Shown here: one piece after another, positions 8,825 through 17,957 of the stretch
Position numbering within the stretch: position 1 is the stretch's first letter
Layout of the letters: every line of letters begins with the position of its first letter
Assembly (NCBI GenBank): GCA_963775465.1
Contig: CAVZIW010000003.1
Location: 160,001-224,000, forward strand
Reading direction: 5' to 3'
Length of the DNA: 64,000 nucleotides
DNA from: Candidatus Bathyarchaeota archaeon
GTDB lineage: Archaea; Thermoproteota; Bathyarchaeia; Bathyarchaeales; Bathycorpusculaceae
Made by a program: the position numbers and the translations under genes
Notes under the pieces: model-generated
Databases searched by the model: none
What the model was told of the DNA's origin: nothing
Seen by the model: the letters and a program-made list of their open reading frames with translations, nothing else

Positions 8825-9877
8825 TTAAGTCTTTTCAGGTAATCCCTGTTTATGTTTTTCTTGAATAATACCGATTAAAACGTGTTTTACAAATGGCGGC
8901 AAATTTATCTTTTCGTAATTTGGCAGTTTAGAGTCATCTTTTTTTGATGCAGTAGAGTTGCCAAAACCTTTGATTGCTTCGTTCCAGTTCGCGAAGTTGG
9001 TGGGAAGCAAGTTTTTCTTATAGTCATCATCCATCTTTGCAGCCGCCATAAGATACGCGTTAAAGACTGGTTTATTCGCAAGAATATCCGCTAAAGTTGT
9101 AGTGTCCACTGTTAAGCTTTCAACTTTGGATAGTTCAGTTGCCAATTTATCAAGAGGCAAATGTCTTTCCTTGAGCCTGTCCTCCACACTTCGGCATTCC
9201 CAAAACGGTTCCTGTTTAAGTAAGGCTTCAGTAACTGCGCGCCTTGTACAATACCCGATTGCTTTGCCTAATTTCGAAGCCGGACCAGCCAATGAGATTC
9301 TCTTACCTTTGTCTAATGAAACTAGCGTAACGCTATCAGTAATAGAGCCCGTTGCTGGCTCGCCGTTGTAGAAGCTTCTAACATCAAGATCTCGAAGTGC
9401 GGCTGATTTAGCTTCGGTTGTGGTGATAAGTGCAGCTACCATGCAACTGTCTGATGGCTTTGCATCGATAATGACAATTATGTTTATAGTACCGCCGATT
9501 TCTTGAACATCCATTTGTTCTCCTGCGGATTCGCCATGTTTGCAGCCTGCAGTTGCAATAACGCTTACAGAGAAATCGTCAAGTTTTTGGCTTACAAGGC
9601 TGAAATTTTGGATTTTTGCTGCTGTAACCATGGCCAAATAATCTTTTGTGACGCCTAATTTGGCTGCAGATGATGTTATTAGTTTCAGCGGGTCTAGGTG
9701 CAAGGAGAGGTCATTGTATCCTTCCGGCACCCCTACATTGAGGACAGTTTTTACCTGTTTGTGCCCGCCACAATAAAACGCTGAACTTAGAGTCTTTAAA
9801 GCATTATCACAAGATACGGCTAGTACATTTTCTTTAACTATGAGTTTAATTCCCTCTGCAAGGCTAAAATCCCGCAA
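8825..9877 (-). CDS. cbiZ: Adenosylcobinamide amidohydrolase CbiZ with a C-terminal degenerate CobZ-like region
   Basis: LSSA, MVTAA, ATAG, GTINII, TEAKSAAL, ATGSITDS and AGPASKLG motifs. Confidence 0.85.
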   Translation of the reverse strand: MRDFSLAEGIKLIVKENVLAVSCDNALKTLSSAFYCGGHKQVKTVLNVGVPEGYNDLSLHLDPLKLITSSAAKLGVTKDYLAMVTAAKIQNFSLVSQKLDDFSVSVIATAGCKHGESAGEQMDVQEIGGTINIIVIIDAKPSDSCMVAALITTTEAKSAALRDLDVRSFYNGEPATGSITDSVTLVSLDKGKRISLAGPASKLGKAIGYCTRRAVTEALLKQEPFWECRSVEDRLKERHLPLDKLATELSKVESLTVDTTTLADILANKPVFNAYLMAAAKMDDDYKKNLLPTNFANWNEAIKGFGNSTASKKDDSKLPNYEKINLPPFVKHVLIGIIQEKHKQGLPEKT

Positions 9878-9897
9878 ACCGCCAGGCTTCCTTTATG

Positions 9898-10116
9898 CTA
9901 TTTTTGGGCTCTACTCGGATTTAAAGTGATGGCTTTGGATGGGCACAGGTTGACGCATATCCCACAGCTTGTGCATTCTATTACGTCAATCACTTGAGGT
10001 TTTCGATTTTTTCCTTCTTCTAAGACTCCTTGTGGACAAACGCCGATACAGATTTGTCCTGTGCAAGGTGGGCATTTGGATAGATCAATTATTATTGAGG
10101 TTTTGGGTTTGCCCAT
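9898..10116 (-). CDS. 2x[4Fe-4S] ferredoxin
   Basis: CPPCTGQICIGVCP and CTSCGICVNLCP. ATG at 10116 preferred over the called TTG at 10128. Confidence 0.85.
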   Translation of the reverse strand: MGKPKTSIIIDLSKCPPCTGQICIGVCPQGVLEEGKNRKPQVIDVIECTSCGICVNLCPSKAITLNPSRAQK

Positions 10117-10174
10117 TTGAATCAACAATTAAATAAGCGCCAACAATATATCTGTTGCGAGCAAGGTAAAAGTC

Positions 10175-11059
10175 ATGAAAATAGGCTTAGTCACATACAA
10201 ACCCGAATTTGTTGAGGGTTTTGACCTACATGTTTACTATTCTAAATGGGTAGACGGACAAGTTTTTCCTGCGGCAAAGGGTATGCAGAATGATGTGTCA
10301 GTCCTTTGTGACGCTAAAGCAATTCGTGAAGACCCCAGTATTGTCGCTCTCTCAAAAAACGGTCCAGCGCTACGCCGCAATAAAAGAAGTCATTTTGTTT
10401 TTGACTATGTTTGTCCGACAAATCCAAGTTATAGAAGTAGAGTTATGGATTACATCGAAGGCTTAAGTAAAGAAGAAATTCTTGGAGTAACGCTTAACCT
10501 CTATCATTTTCCAGATCAAGAATTTTGTATTTGTCCACGGTGCATTGAGAAATGGAAGCTGAGCGGCTTAAACTGGATACAATGGCGAGCACAAACTATC
10601 ACTGAGTTACTAAGAGAAGCTAAATCGAAAGTAAAAGGCACGTTTGCCGTAGAAATTTACCCTGACCCCGTCTTAGCTAAAGAGCGGTTTGGAATAGACC
10701 TTGAAGCTGTCGGTAAATTAGTGGACTACTTCCATGTACCTCTATCATCACGCGACTATTTGACTAGCTACTGGGTAGATATAATAACCCGAGATTTCAT
10801 TGCAACGCTAAAAAAGCCGGTTGTGGTTGAATTAAGTGGTGAAATACCAACCGACGAAAAACTCGACGCTCTTCTAAGAACGATAGCTTACATTTCTCGT
10901 CACAACTTGGATGCTGTCCTTCTTTTGGTGCATGATTCAGAAAACGCCCGACAAGTCGCAAAATTTGCTGTCCAAAACAATGATTTACGAGAGTGGTTTG
11001 CAAAGTATGAGTTTGAAGAAATGAGCAGAATCGTTGACAGGTGGGCTAAACTTTACTGA
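10175..11059 (+). CDS. GHL10-like TIM-barrel hypothetical protein with CxCxxC, paralog of 7868..8770
   Basis: VCPTNPSYR, FCICPRC, WRAQTITE, YPDP..KERFG and YFHVPL segments. Both paralogs end in W.KLY. Confidence 0.55.
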   Translation: MKIGLVTYKPEFVEGFDLHVYYSKWVDGQVFPAAKGMQNDVSVLCDAKAIREDPSIVALSKNGPALRRNKRSHFVFDYVCPTNPSYRSRVMDYIEGLSKEEILGVTLNLYHFPDQEFCICPRCIEKWKLSGLNWIQWRAQTITELLREAKSKVKGTFAVEIYPDPVLAKERFGIDLEAVGKLVDYFHVPLSSRDYLTSYWVDIITRDFIATLKKPVVVELSGEIPTDEKLDALLRTIAYISRHNLDAVLLLVHDSENARQVAKFAVQNNDLREWFAKYEFEEMSRIVDRWAKLY

Positions 11060-11840
11060 GTTGTGCTCGGTAGTCTCTTAGTATTTTCATGTCTAGATCC
11101 GCATTCAAGATAGAGTCTTTCGGTGAGTCGGTGACCTCTCCAAGGATTCCCCATGGTGCAATGATAGCGCTTCGACCTCCCCGCATGTTTGAACATACAT
11201 TGCCAACTTTAAGGATGTAGAAACCGAAGTTTCGAGCAATTCCAACTGTAAGCGGATGGCCTTGAACTGTTGGGTGTGTTCCCATGGCCGCCACGGGTAA
11301 AGAGACAATTTCTGCGCCTAAATCGGCAACAGCATTGACGACTTCAGGGTTAAAAGTGTCTGCGCATACAATCATACCGAGCTTGCCAAATTCTGTGTCT
11401 ATGACAGTTGGTATAGACCCTTTGGAGACACCTGCCTCAAGTTCAGCTTTTATAGGACTGATTTTCTTGTATTTTGTTATTAGTTTGCCGTTTCTCCAAA
11501 GTGTACTAGTGTTGTAATATTTGTTGTCCTCTTTCTCCAAGATTGTTCCGCCCAGCAAGTATATGCAGCCAATGGCTTTGGAGATTTCTTCCAGGAAAGC
11601 AATGGTTTTGGAAGCGGTTTGCTTGCTGATTTTTGGGGCGTCGGTAAAGTCTGCCATGCAGTTGGGGACAGTGAAGTATTCTGGTAAAGTAATGATGGCT
11701 GGGTTTTGTTTTGCTGCTTTTAAGACGGCGGTTTTTGCTGCGGCGATGTTGTCTTTTAGGGTTTGGCGGATTTCCATATGTAAGATGCTAACTTTCAAAG
11801 AGGTGGCCTCTGGCAATTCTATTGGTTTGTTTTTGTACAT
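11046..11840 (-). CDS. Carbon-nitrogen hydrolase (nitrilase/amidase family)
   Basis: Glu-Lys-Cys triad (LPEY, KYKK, IVCAD), plus YNTS and GRSAIIAPWG. Confidence 0.88.
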   Translation of the reverse strand: MYKNKPIELPEATSLKVSILHMEIRQTLKDNIAAAKTAVLKAAKQNPAIITLPEYFTVPNCMADFTDAPKISKQTASKTIAFLEEISKAIGCIYLLGGTILEKEDNKYYNTSTLWRNGKLITKYKKISPIKAELEAGVSKGSIPTVIDTEFGKLGMIVCADTFNPEVVNAVADLGAEIVSLPVAAMGTHPTVQGHPLTVGIARNFGFYILKVGNVCSNMRGGRSAIIAPWGILGEVTDSPKDSILNADLDMKILRDYRAQLSKV

Positions 11841-11980
11841 TTAAACATAGTTCTTTGACGCATAAATGTGTAACAAAGCTCCTTTGTAAGCATTTGTCAA
11901 ATTATTGTGTTTATTTATGCACAAATGTCGGGTAATTAACACCTTTTATATGCATACGGATAAACTTATATAGAAGACGA

Positions 11981-12994
11981 GTGACAAACAGTGTAATGCG
12001 AGGGACAGAAATGACGTTTAATGAATCAGAAGTTAACAAACTCTTGCCTGACGTTAAGACGTTAGTCAATAAAGTCGTTAAGAAAAACATGGCTGATGGC
12101 TTTCTATTTTCAGCGGGAACAGACACCCAAATTATAGCATACGAAGCGGTAAAGTACAATCCAGACATACCTTGCCTTACCTTAGCTTTTAAACATGGCC
12201 AACCAAAAGACACTGAATACGTTAAAAAAATGGTTGAGCTTCTGCACTTAAAGCATGAGACTTACCAATTTGGCAAAGAGGACGTAATGAAATTTTTCCC
12301 CAAAGTTGTGGAAGCACTAAAAAAATATGATCCTATGGAGATCCGAAACAGCCTGCCCGTCTACATTGGTTTAACATTGTTGAAACCAAAGGGTATAAAG
12401 ACTGTTTTTACAGGTGATGCATTAGACGAGCTTTTCGGTTATCCGTGGCAATTTCATTTGTCAGAAGAACAATTTGCAGTAAAGCAGCAGGAAATGTGGG
12501 CCGAAATGGGTTTTTCCTCCTTCCCAATGGCAGAATCTCTTGGAATGCAAATAAAAGCACCATATAGGGACCCAGAATTTATGGATTGGGCAATGAAGCT
12601 ACCAATCAAATATAAGATTAACATGTACAACGGTGTAAAATACAGCAAATGGATTCTGCGTAAGGCCTACGAGGATGTAATACCCAAAGATATCATATGG
12701 AGGCCAAAAGCACCACTCGAAGCAGGTACAGGAACAGAAACCTTGCGTACCTATTTTAACGATATGATCACCGATAAAGAGTTCAGCGAGAAAAAAGAAG
12801 CTATTAAGGTATCAGACGATGTAGAAATCCAAGACAAAGAGCAATTGCTCTACTACGAGGTATTCCGCCAAAAGTTCGGCAAGCCCAAAGATGTTTTCCC
12901 AAAAATTGAAGGTGCAGTGCAATGTCCAAAATGCCATAGCTACATCAAAACTAAAATACAGTTCTGCAAGACTTGCGGAGCCTACCCAATCTAA
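11981..12994 (+). CDS. Asparagine synthetase C-terminal (ATP-pyrophosphatase) domain protein with a C-terminal zinc ribbon; no glutaminase domain
   Basis: FSAGTDT PP-loop variant, TGDALDELFGY, KWILRKA, IIWRPKAP and CPKC...CKTCG. The start may be ATG 12011. Confidence 0.8.
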   Translation: MTNSVMRGTEMTFNESEVNKLLPDVKTLVNKVVKKNMADGFLFSAGTDTQIIAYEAVKYNPDIPCLTLAFKHGQPKDTEYVKKMVELLHLKHETYQFGKEDVMKFFPKVVEALKKYDPMEIRNSLPVYIGLTLLKPKGIKTVFTGDALDELFGYPWQFHLSEEQFAVKQQEMWAEMGFSSFPMAESLGMQIKAPYRDPEFMDWAMKLPIKYKINMYNGVKYSKWILRKAYEDVIPKDIIWRPKAPLEAGTGTETLRTYFNDMITDKEFSEKKEAIKVSDDVEIQDKEQLLYYEVFRQKFGKPKDVFPKIEGAVQCPKCHSYIKTKIQFCKTCGAYPI

Positions 12995-13055
12995 TTTTTC
13001 TTTTCTTTATTTTCGAGATTTTTTTGCATTTTTGGGAAAGACTTAATTCTTTAAT

Positions 13056-14138
13056 TTGTTTAATGTTGAAAAACAACGCAAGGTATCATGTTTGGCTAGT
13101 CTTTCCCAACTCAAGTTTGCAATGGCAACCTCCATTTTTCTATCTGCCTTCATTTTTGGCCTATTTGTGTTTGCCATTGTTTTCTTTTTGCAGTTGGATG
13201 TTTTTACTGGGTTACTTGTTGCTGTAGGGGGATCGGCGCTCTTTATTCTATTCCAGTACGCGATTGGTCCAGTCATTGTTGCAACAACTACAAAATTGCA
13301 GTACCTAAAGGCAGGAGATAACCCGTGGCTTGAGGCAACTGTCAAAAATCTTGCTGATAAAAGTGGATTACCTATGCCGAAACTCGCAATCGTGCCAAAT
13401 AACACACCTAATGCTTTCACTTTTGGTAGAACTACTAGTAGCGCTACTTTAGCTGTACATGAAGGACTTTTAAGGCAACTAACCGAAGCTGAAGTTGAAG
13501 GTGTAATTGCTCACGAACTAGGTCACATCAAGCATAAAGACTACATTGTCATGACTGTACTTTCTGCTTTACCTTTGATTGCATACATTATTGCCCAAGT
13601 TACTCTGCGCGCCGGAGTGTTTAGTAGCGGATCCCGAAGGAACAACAAAGACAACTCCGGTGTTGTCCTACTTGTTATCGGGGCTATTTCATTTGCCATT
13701 TACATAATCACTTTCTTAATCGTAATGAGGCTTAGTCGTCTCCGCGAACATTATGCTGATGCTTTTTCTGCATATGCGACGAGTTCACCGAGAGAACTGG
13801 AGAGTGCTCTGGCAAAAATTACCTATGGCCTATCGATATCGCCTAAACCACCTGAAGGCGTACGAGCATTCTACATTGAAGACCCTGGTATGGCAAAACA
13901 GGAGATTCAACGCATAATGGAAAACAAAAACCAGTATGATTTGGATCACGATGGTGTTTTAGACCAGCGTGAGTTAGAGATGGCAATGGAAAAAGAATCT
14001 AAATCTACATGGGTTCAAATGAACAGCCTCTTTGCTACTCACCCACCTACGTTCAAACGAATCTTACTTTTAAAGGAAATCGAGCAAGAAATGGACACAG
14101 GTCGATATAGTATCGACAAAATGTACACACATGTTTAA
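13056..14138 (+). CDS. htpX: M48 family zinc metalloprotease, HtpX-like, with an EF-hand-like insert
   Basis: PNAFTFG, HELGH, SRLREHYAD, LFATHPP and TM helices. The true start may be slightly downstream (TTG, about 13092). Confidence 0.85.
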   Translation: MFNVEKQRKVSCLASLSQLKFAMATSIFLSAFIFGLFVFAIVFFLQLDVFTGLLVAVGGSALFILFQYAIGPVIVATTTKLQYLKAGDNPWLEATVKNLADKSGLPMPKLAIVPNNTPNAFTFGRTTSSATLAVHEGLLRQLTEAEVEGVIAHELGHIKHKDYIVMTVLSALPLIAYIIAQVTLRAGVFSSGSRRNNKDNSGVVLLVIGAISFAIYIITFLIVMRLSRLREHYADAFSAYATSSPRELESALAKITYGLSISPKPPEGVRAFYIEDPGMAKQEIQRIMENKNQYDLDHDGVLDQRELEMAMEKESKSTWVQMNSLFATHPPTFKRILLLKEIEQEMDTGRYSIDKMYTHV

Positions 14139-14231
14139 AACAACTTTCTGGGTCAAAATCATCGAAATTAATGCGAAAATTAATATCTCCCAAGAATCGA
14201 TTTACTATAAAAAACTAAAAAGGAACCGAAA

Positions 14232-14438
14232 ATGGTAAATTACTGTCCCGAATGCGGCGGAGAAATACATTACATTTCATTAACCAAGCACTATGTTTGC
14301 AAAAGTTGCGGATTATCCTGCACAGGACAGGAACTTAACGACCTCCATGACAAGAACAGACCAGCCGAAGAAACTGAGGAAGAAGTGCGAGCGAACCGCC
14401 GAAAAGAATACCTCAAATGGTACCTGAGCAAAAAGTAA
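14232..14438 (+). CDS. Small zinc-ribbon protein
   Basis: CPECGG...CKSCG. AGGAA lies upstream and a TATA-like TATAAA is near 14206. Confidence 0.75.
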   Translation: MVNYCPECGGEIHYISLTKHYVCKSCGLSCTGQELNDLHDKNRPAEETEEEVRANRRKEYLKWYLSKK

Positions 14439-14700
14439 GGTTGCCTTTAGAGAGTAGTTTGTCTTTTTGTTAGCCTTGACTTTGTTAGTTTTGCTCTCGG
14501 TTTGGGCTTGATTTTTTTTTAGCTGAATCGATGTGAACGCTGTAATGGTATATTTGTCTCTGACTTGTGCAACTCTTGTCTTGTGACTTTGACAAAACGC
14601 AGGAATGCGCGACTCAGAAATTTGCAATTTAAAACTGCTTTTCTGCAATGAAAGCAAAACTGGACAAGGAATATAAAGAAAATAAATTGAAAAAGGGAAA

Positions 14701-15879
14701 TTATGCTTGTTTAACTTTTTCAAGCTCTTTCTTGAGAATTTCAGCTTTGTCTGTTTTTTCCCATGGAAAGTCTCCGTCTTCTCTTCCAAAATGTCCAAAG
14801 ACGGCCGTTTTCTTGTAGATAGGTCTTAGAAGATCAAGTTGTTCGATTATTGCTTTGGGTCGCATGTCAAAGTGTTTCTTGACGAGTTCAAGGATTTGTT
14901 CGTCTGCTATTTTGCCTGTCTCGTTAGTGCAAATCAGAACTGAAATTGGTTGGGAAACACCAATGGCATAGCTTATTTGGATTTCGCATTGATCTGCTAA
15001 GCCTGAAGCCACAACGTTCTTGGCGATGTATCTTGCCATGTAGCAGCCTGAGCGGTCTACTTTTGATGGGTCTTTGCCGCTGAAGCAGCCACCACCATGG
15101 CTTCCGACTCCTCCGTAGGTGTCTACGATAATTTTCCTGCCTGTTAAACCTGAGTCAGCTAAGGTTCCGCCTATTACGAATCTTCCTGTGCCGTTAATGA
15201 CGTAGTTAACGTCTGGAGACAGTAGGTTGGCTGGGATGACATATTTGATTACTTTTTCCACGATTTCCTTCTTTAGGGTGTCATCGTTAACCGTTCCGTT
15301 GTTTTGCGCAGCAATAACAACAGTTTTAACGTATTTTGGTTTGCCGTCCTCGTATTCGATTGTGACCTGCGATTTACAGTCAGGTCTTAGGCAGGGTATG
15401 ATTTTTGTTTTTCTGCATTCAGCTAGACGTTTGACAAGTTTTTGTGCTAGCATTATTGGCAGGGGCATAAGTTCTTTGGTTTCGTTTGAAGCGTAACCGA
15501 AAACCATCCCTTGGTCTCCAGCACCTTGCTCGTGACCTTCGCATTCATTTACTCCCCTGGCAATGTCTGGAGACTGCTCCGTTAATGAAACTAGTATGCC
15601 GCAGGTTTCCCAGTCTAATCCGTCTTTAGCGTTGTCAAACCCGATTTCTTTGAGGGTTTGGCGAACAATCTTGGGAATATTAATGTAGGTACTTGTTGTG
15701 ATTTGACCTGTGACAACGACTGTTCCTTGCATGACTAGGGTTTCGCAGTCAACTCGAGCTTTTGTGTCCTTGCAAAATATTGCATCCAAAACGCTGTCTG
15801 AGATTTGGTCTGCAACTTTGTCTGGGTGACCTTCTCCGACTGACTCAGATGTGAACAAATATTTTCCGTTTGTTTTCAT
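14701..15879 (-). CDS. metK: S-adenosylmethionine synthetase, bacterial/eukaryotic type
   Basis: LFTSESVGEGHPDK, GAGDQG, GLTGRKIIVDTYGG, GGGCFSGKDPSKVDRS and FGHFGR. Start placed at ATG 15879 (MKTNGKYLF). Confidence 0.96.
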   Translation of the reverse strand: MKTNGKYLFTSESVGEGHPDKVADQISDSVLDAIFCKDTKARVDCETLVMQGTVVVTGQITTSTYINIPKIVRQTLKEIGFDNAKDGLDWETCGILVSLTEQSPDIARGVNECEGHEQGAGDQGMVFGYASNETKELMPLPIMLAQKLVKRLAECRKTKIIPCLRPDCKSQVTIEYEDGKPKYVKTVVIAAQNNGTVNDDTLKKEIVEKVIKYVIPANLLSPDVNYVINGTGRFVIGGTLADSGLTGRKIIVDTYGGVGSHGGGCFSGKDPSKVDRSGCYMARYIAKNVVASGLADQCEIQISYAIGVSQPISVLICTNETGKIADEQILELVKKHFDMRPKAIIEQLDLLRPIYKKTAVFGHFGREDGDFPWEKTDKAEILKKELEKVKQA

Positions 15880-16107
15880 AAGAATCTTTCCGATTTTGCC
15901 GTGTGATAGCATAGGTAACTCAGAGTTTTTCTTAAAAGGCTTTCTACAATGCAAGACGGATTGAATCAATTAATTGCGATGATGCAATAACAAGAACTGT
16001 CTTAACGATTACACTGCTCTCTAGTAAAGACGAAAAATTAAAAAAAAATCGTAGCTCTGAATGCATTTAGACCAATAGGAACATATTTACGCTATTCAAG
16101 TAGTCTT

Positions 16108-16178
16108 TTCTCAAAGCAGCAGATGTTTTAATCGAAATTTCTGTGGGTTCACAGAAACTGGATGGTTTGTTTTGAGAA
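16108..16178. repeat. Nested inverted repeat in the divergent metK / wHTH intergenic region
   Basis: Perfect TTTCTGTG-GGTT-CACAGAAA at 16138-16157. It is enclosed by 16108-16119 pairing with 16167-16178 (includes G-T pairs) and abuts TTATAAAA at 16180. Confidence 0.55.
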
Positions 16179-16222
16179 GTTATAAAAGTCCCTGTAGCCG
16201 CTTATTTATGTAAGGGCAAAAC

Positions 16223-16849
16223 ATGCCAGTGTCCATAAAGAAATTCATCCACCAAATCGCTGGGAAAAAAGCTCCTGGACCATCCACAACGTTTACTGTA
16301 TTTCATATGTTCTATGCTTTGGAGCTCATTGCACAGAAGCCATTGGGGAGAAACAAGTTGGCAGAAAAACTCGCGGTTGGCGATGGTGCGGTGCGTACCA
16401 TAATAAGCAGACTCAAAGAGGCGGATTTGATTGAAACATCCAAGCATGGATGTTACTTAACTAAGAAAGGGTTAGATGTTTGGAAACAATTTGAAGAAAT
16501 CTTTCCTAAACAAATGGCGCTTCCGAAATCTGATTTGAGTTCTTCAGAATTTAATTATGCTTTTTTGGTCAAGAATTGCGGGCAGAAAATTAAATCAGGG
16601 ATTAACCAGCGTGATGCAGCCATTTTTGCAGGTGCTCGAAACGCGTTAGTTATTGTTTACCGAAATGGGCATCTGTGCATAGAATCCGTTAGCAGTCATA
16701 TTGAAGAGGATTATCCTATTATTGCTGGTCAAATAATAGATGAGTTGGCACCCAAAGAGAACGATGTCATTATTGTTGCAGGTGCAGATTCATTGTTGAG
16801 GGCTAAACGGGGAGCTTTTGCTGCGAGCTGGTCACTTGTCAGCTTTTAG
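16223..16849 (+). CDS. Winged-helix protein, DUF4443-like
   Basis: PLGRNKLAEKLAVGDGAVRTIISRL HTH, G..LT.KG wing and C-terminal GINQRDAAI..GA. Confidence 0.75.
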   Translation: MPVSIKKFIHQIAGKKAPGPSTTFTVFHMFYALELIAQKPLGRNKLAEKLAVGDGAVRTIISRLKEADLIETSKHGCYLTKKGLDVWKQFEEIFPKQMALPKSDLSSSEFNYAFLVKNCGQKIKSGINQRDAAIFAGARNALVIVYRNGHLCIESVSSHIEEDYPIIAGQIIDELAPKENDVIIVAGADSLLRAKRGAFAASWSLVSF

Positions 16850-17607
16850 GTTGTGTATTTTTCTCCTTCGTTGAGTATGCGTTCGAGTAGCGTGTTAATG
16901 TTTACCATGCCTTCGTTTGATTTGGAGGAAACGGGCATTAAGTGGAACTGCAGGTCTAGTTTGCTGATTGCTTGCATCATGTTGCGGCTGAATAATCGTT
17001 TTGTGCCTTCTAGTTTCTCTTCAATTGCGTCTTCTAAGGCTTTGGAGCTTGCTGACCAATTTGCGATTGCTTGGACATCCTTTTTTGGAATTAGATCGCT
17101 CTTTGAAAGTAAATGTACTTGTGGTTGGAAGAACCTGTTATAAACCGCTGCTGCCAAGAACATGTTCGAGACGTAGTTGAGAGGATTTATTGAGAATACA
17201 GCGTCGAAGAGGTAGATTAACGCTTTAGGTTCTCTGGTGAGTTCATTAACGATGTATGGTCCGCTTGCTCGGAAGGCAAACAATTCCATTTGCCCCGGAG
17301 TATCCACCAAGATGATGTCAGCATGGGCTTCTTCGATGTCTCGAGTTAAGTTTTCAATTTCGTCAGCGATTAGATCAGCCGCCATGATGAGTGCGCCGTT
17401 AGGTCCCAAGTTATATTTTTCCATTAAATCGCCTACATCGACATAGTTGCGAACATCAACGTCTGGTTGATAGGGCAACTTTAAGACGCCAGGATCCAAA
17501 TTGACCACTGCTACGTCTTGTTTGCTCATTTTTAGCCATTCGGCAAAAGCTGCTGTGAATAGGGATTTACCTGATCCAGCTGTTCCAATGATAAACGCTA
17601 GAGGCAT
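16846..17607 (-). CDS. GPN-loop GTPase
   Basis: GTAGSGKS, VNLDPG, LGPNGA, DTPGQME and SKSD. Confidence 0.93.
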   Translation of the reverse strand: MPLAFIIGTAGSGKSLFTAAFAEWLKMSKQDVAVVNLDPGVLKLPYQPDVDVRNYVDVGDLMEKYNLGPNGALIMAADLIADEIENLTRDIEEAHADIILVDTPGQMELFAFRASGPYIVNELTREPKALIYLFDAVFSINPLNYVSNMFLAAAVYNRFFQPQVHLLSKSDLIPKKDVQAIANWSASSKALEDAIEEKLEGTKRLFSRNMMQAISKLDLQFHLMPVSSKSNEGMVNINTLLERILNEGEKYTT

Positions 17608-17957
17608 AATGTTCTCCGTTCTACGTGAGAACTATGATGCAGATAATAACCTTTCTGAAAAACAAAAGGACATGTCTTTTAGTCCAAACATTGATCGTTG
17701 ACGCTAAGGCAGCTTTAAATTTTTTTAATGTCGATTTTGTGCCATCAACCATTTCAACAAATATCATAGGGCTGTGCAAAATTTGTTGTATAATTATTTC
17801 CCATTTATCTGTTTGTCTGCTAGAACAACCACACCTAAAAAATTCTTGTTGTTGTTATTCCGACCTTACAAGTTCGCCCAGAATTTTAATTTTCTATGAA
17901 ATAATGCTCTGATTGCTCCACGTAAATATCAAAGTAGGTGAGAAAGGAAAGGTTGCT

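Noticed and set aside
11981-12994. Lasso peptide cyclase
   Set aside because: No B1/B2 (RRE, transglutaminase-like peptidase) genes or precursor nearby.
14313-14798. 161-aa minus-strand ORF and a nested 36-aa ORF (14485..14595)
   Set aside because: The long ORF overlaps metK and the zinc-ribbon gene and has low-complexity composition. The short ORF has no motif or RBS support.
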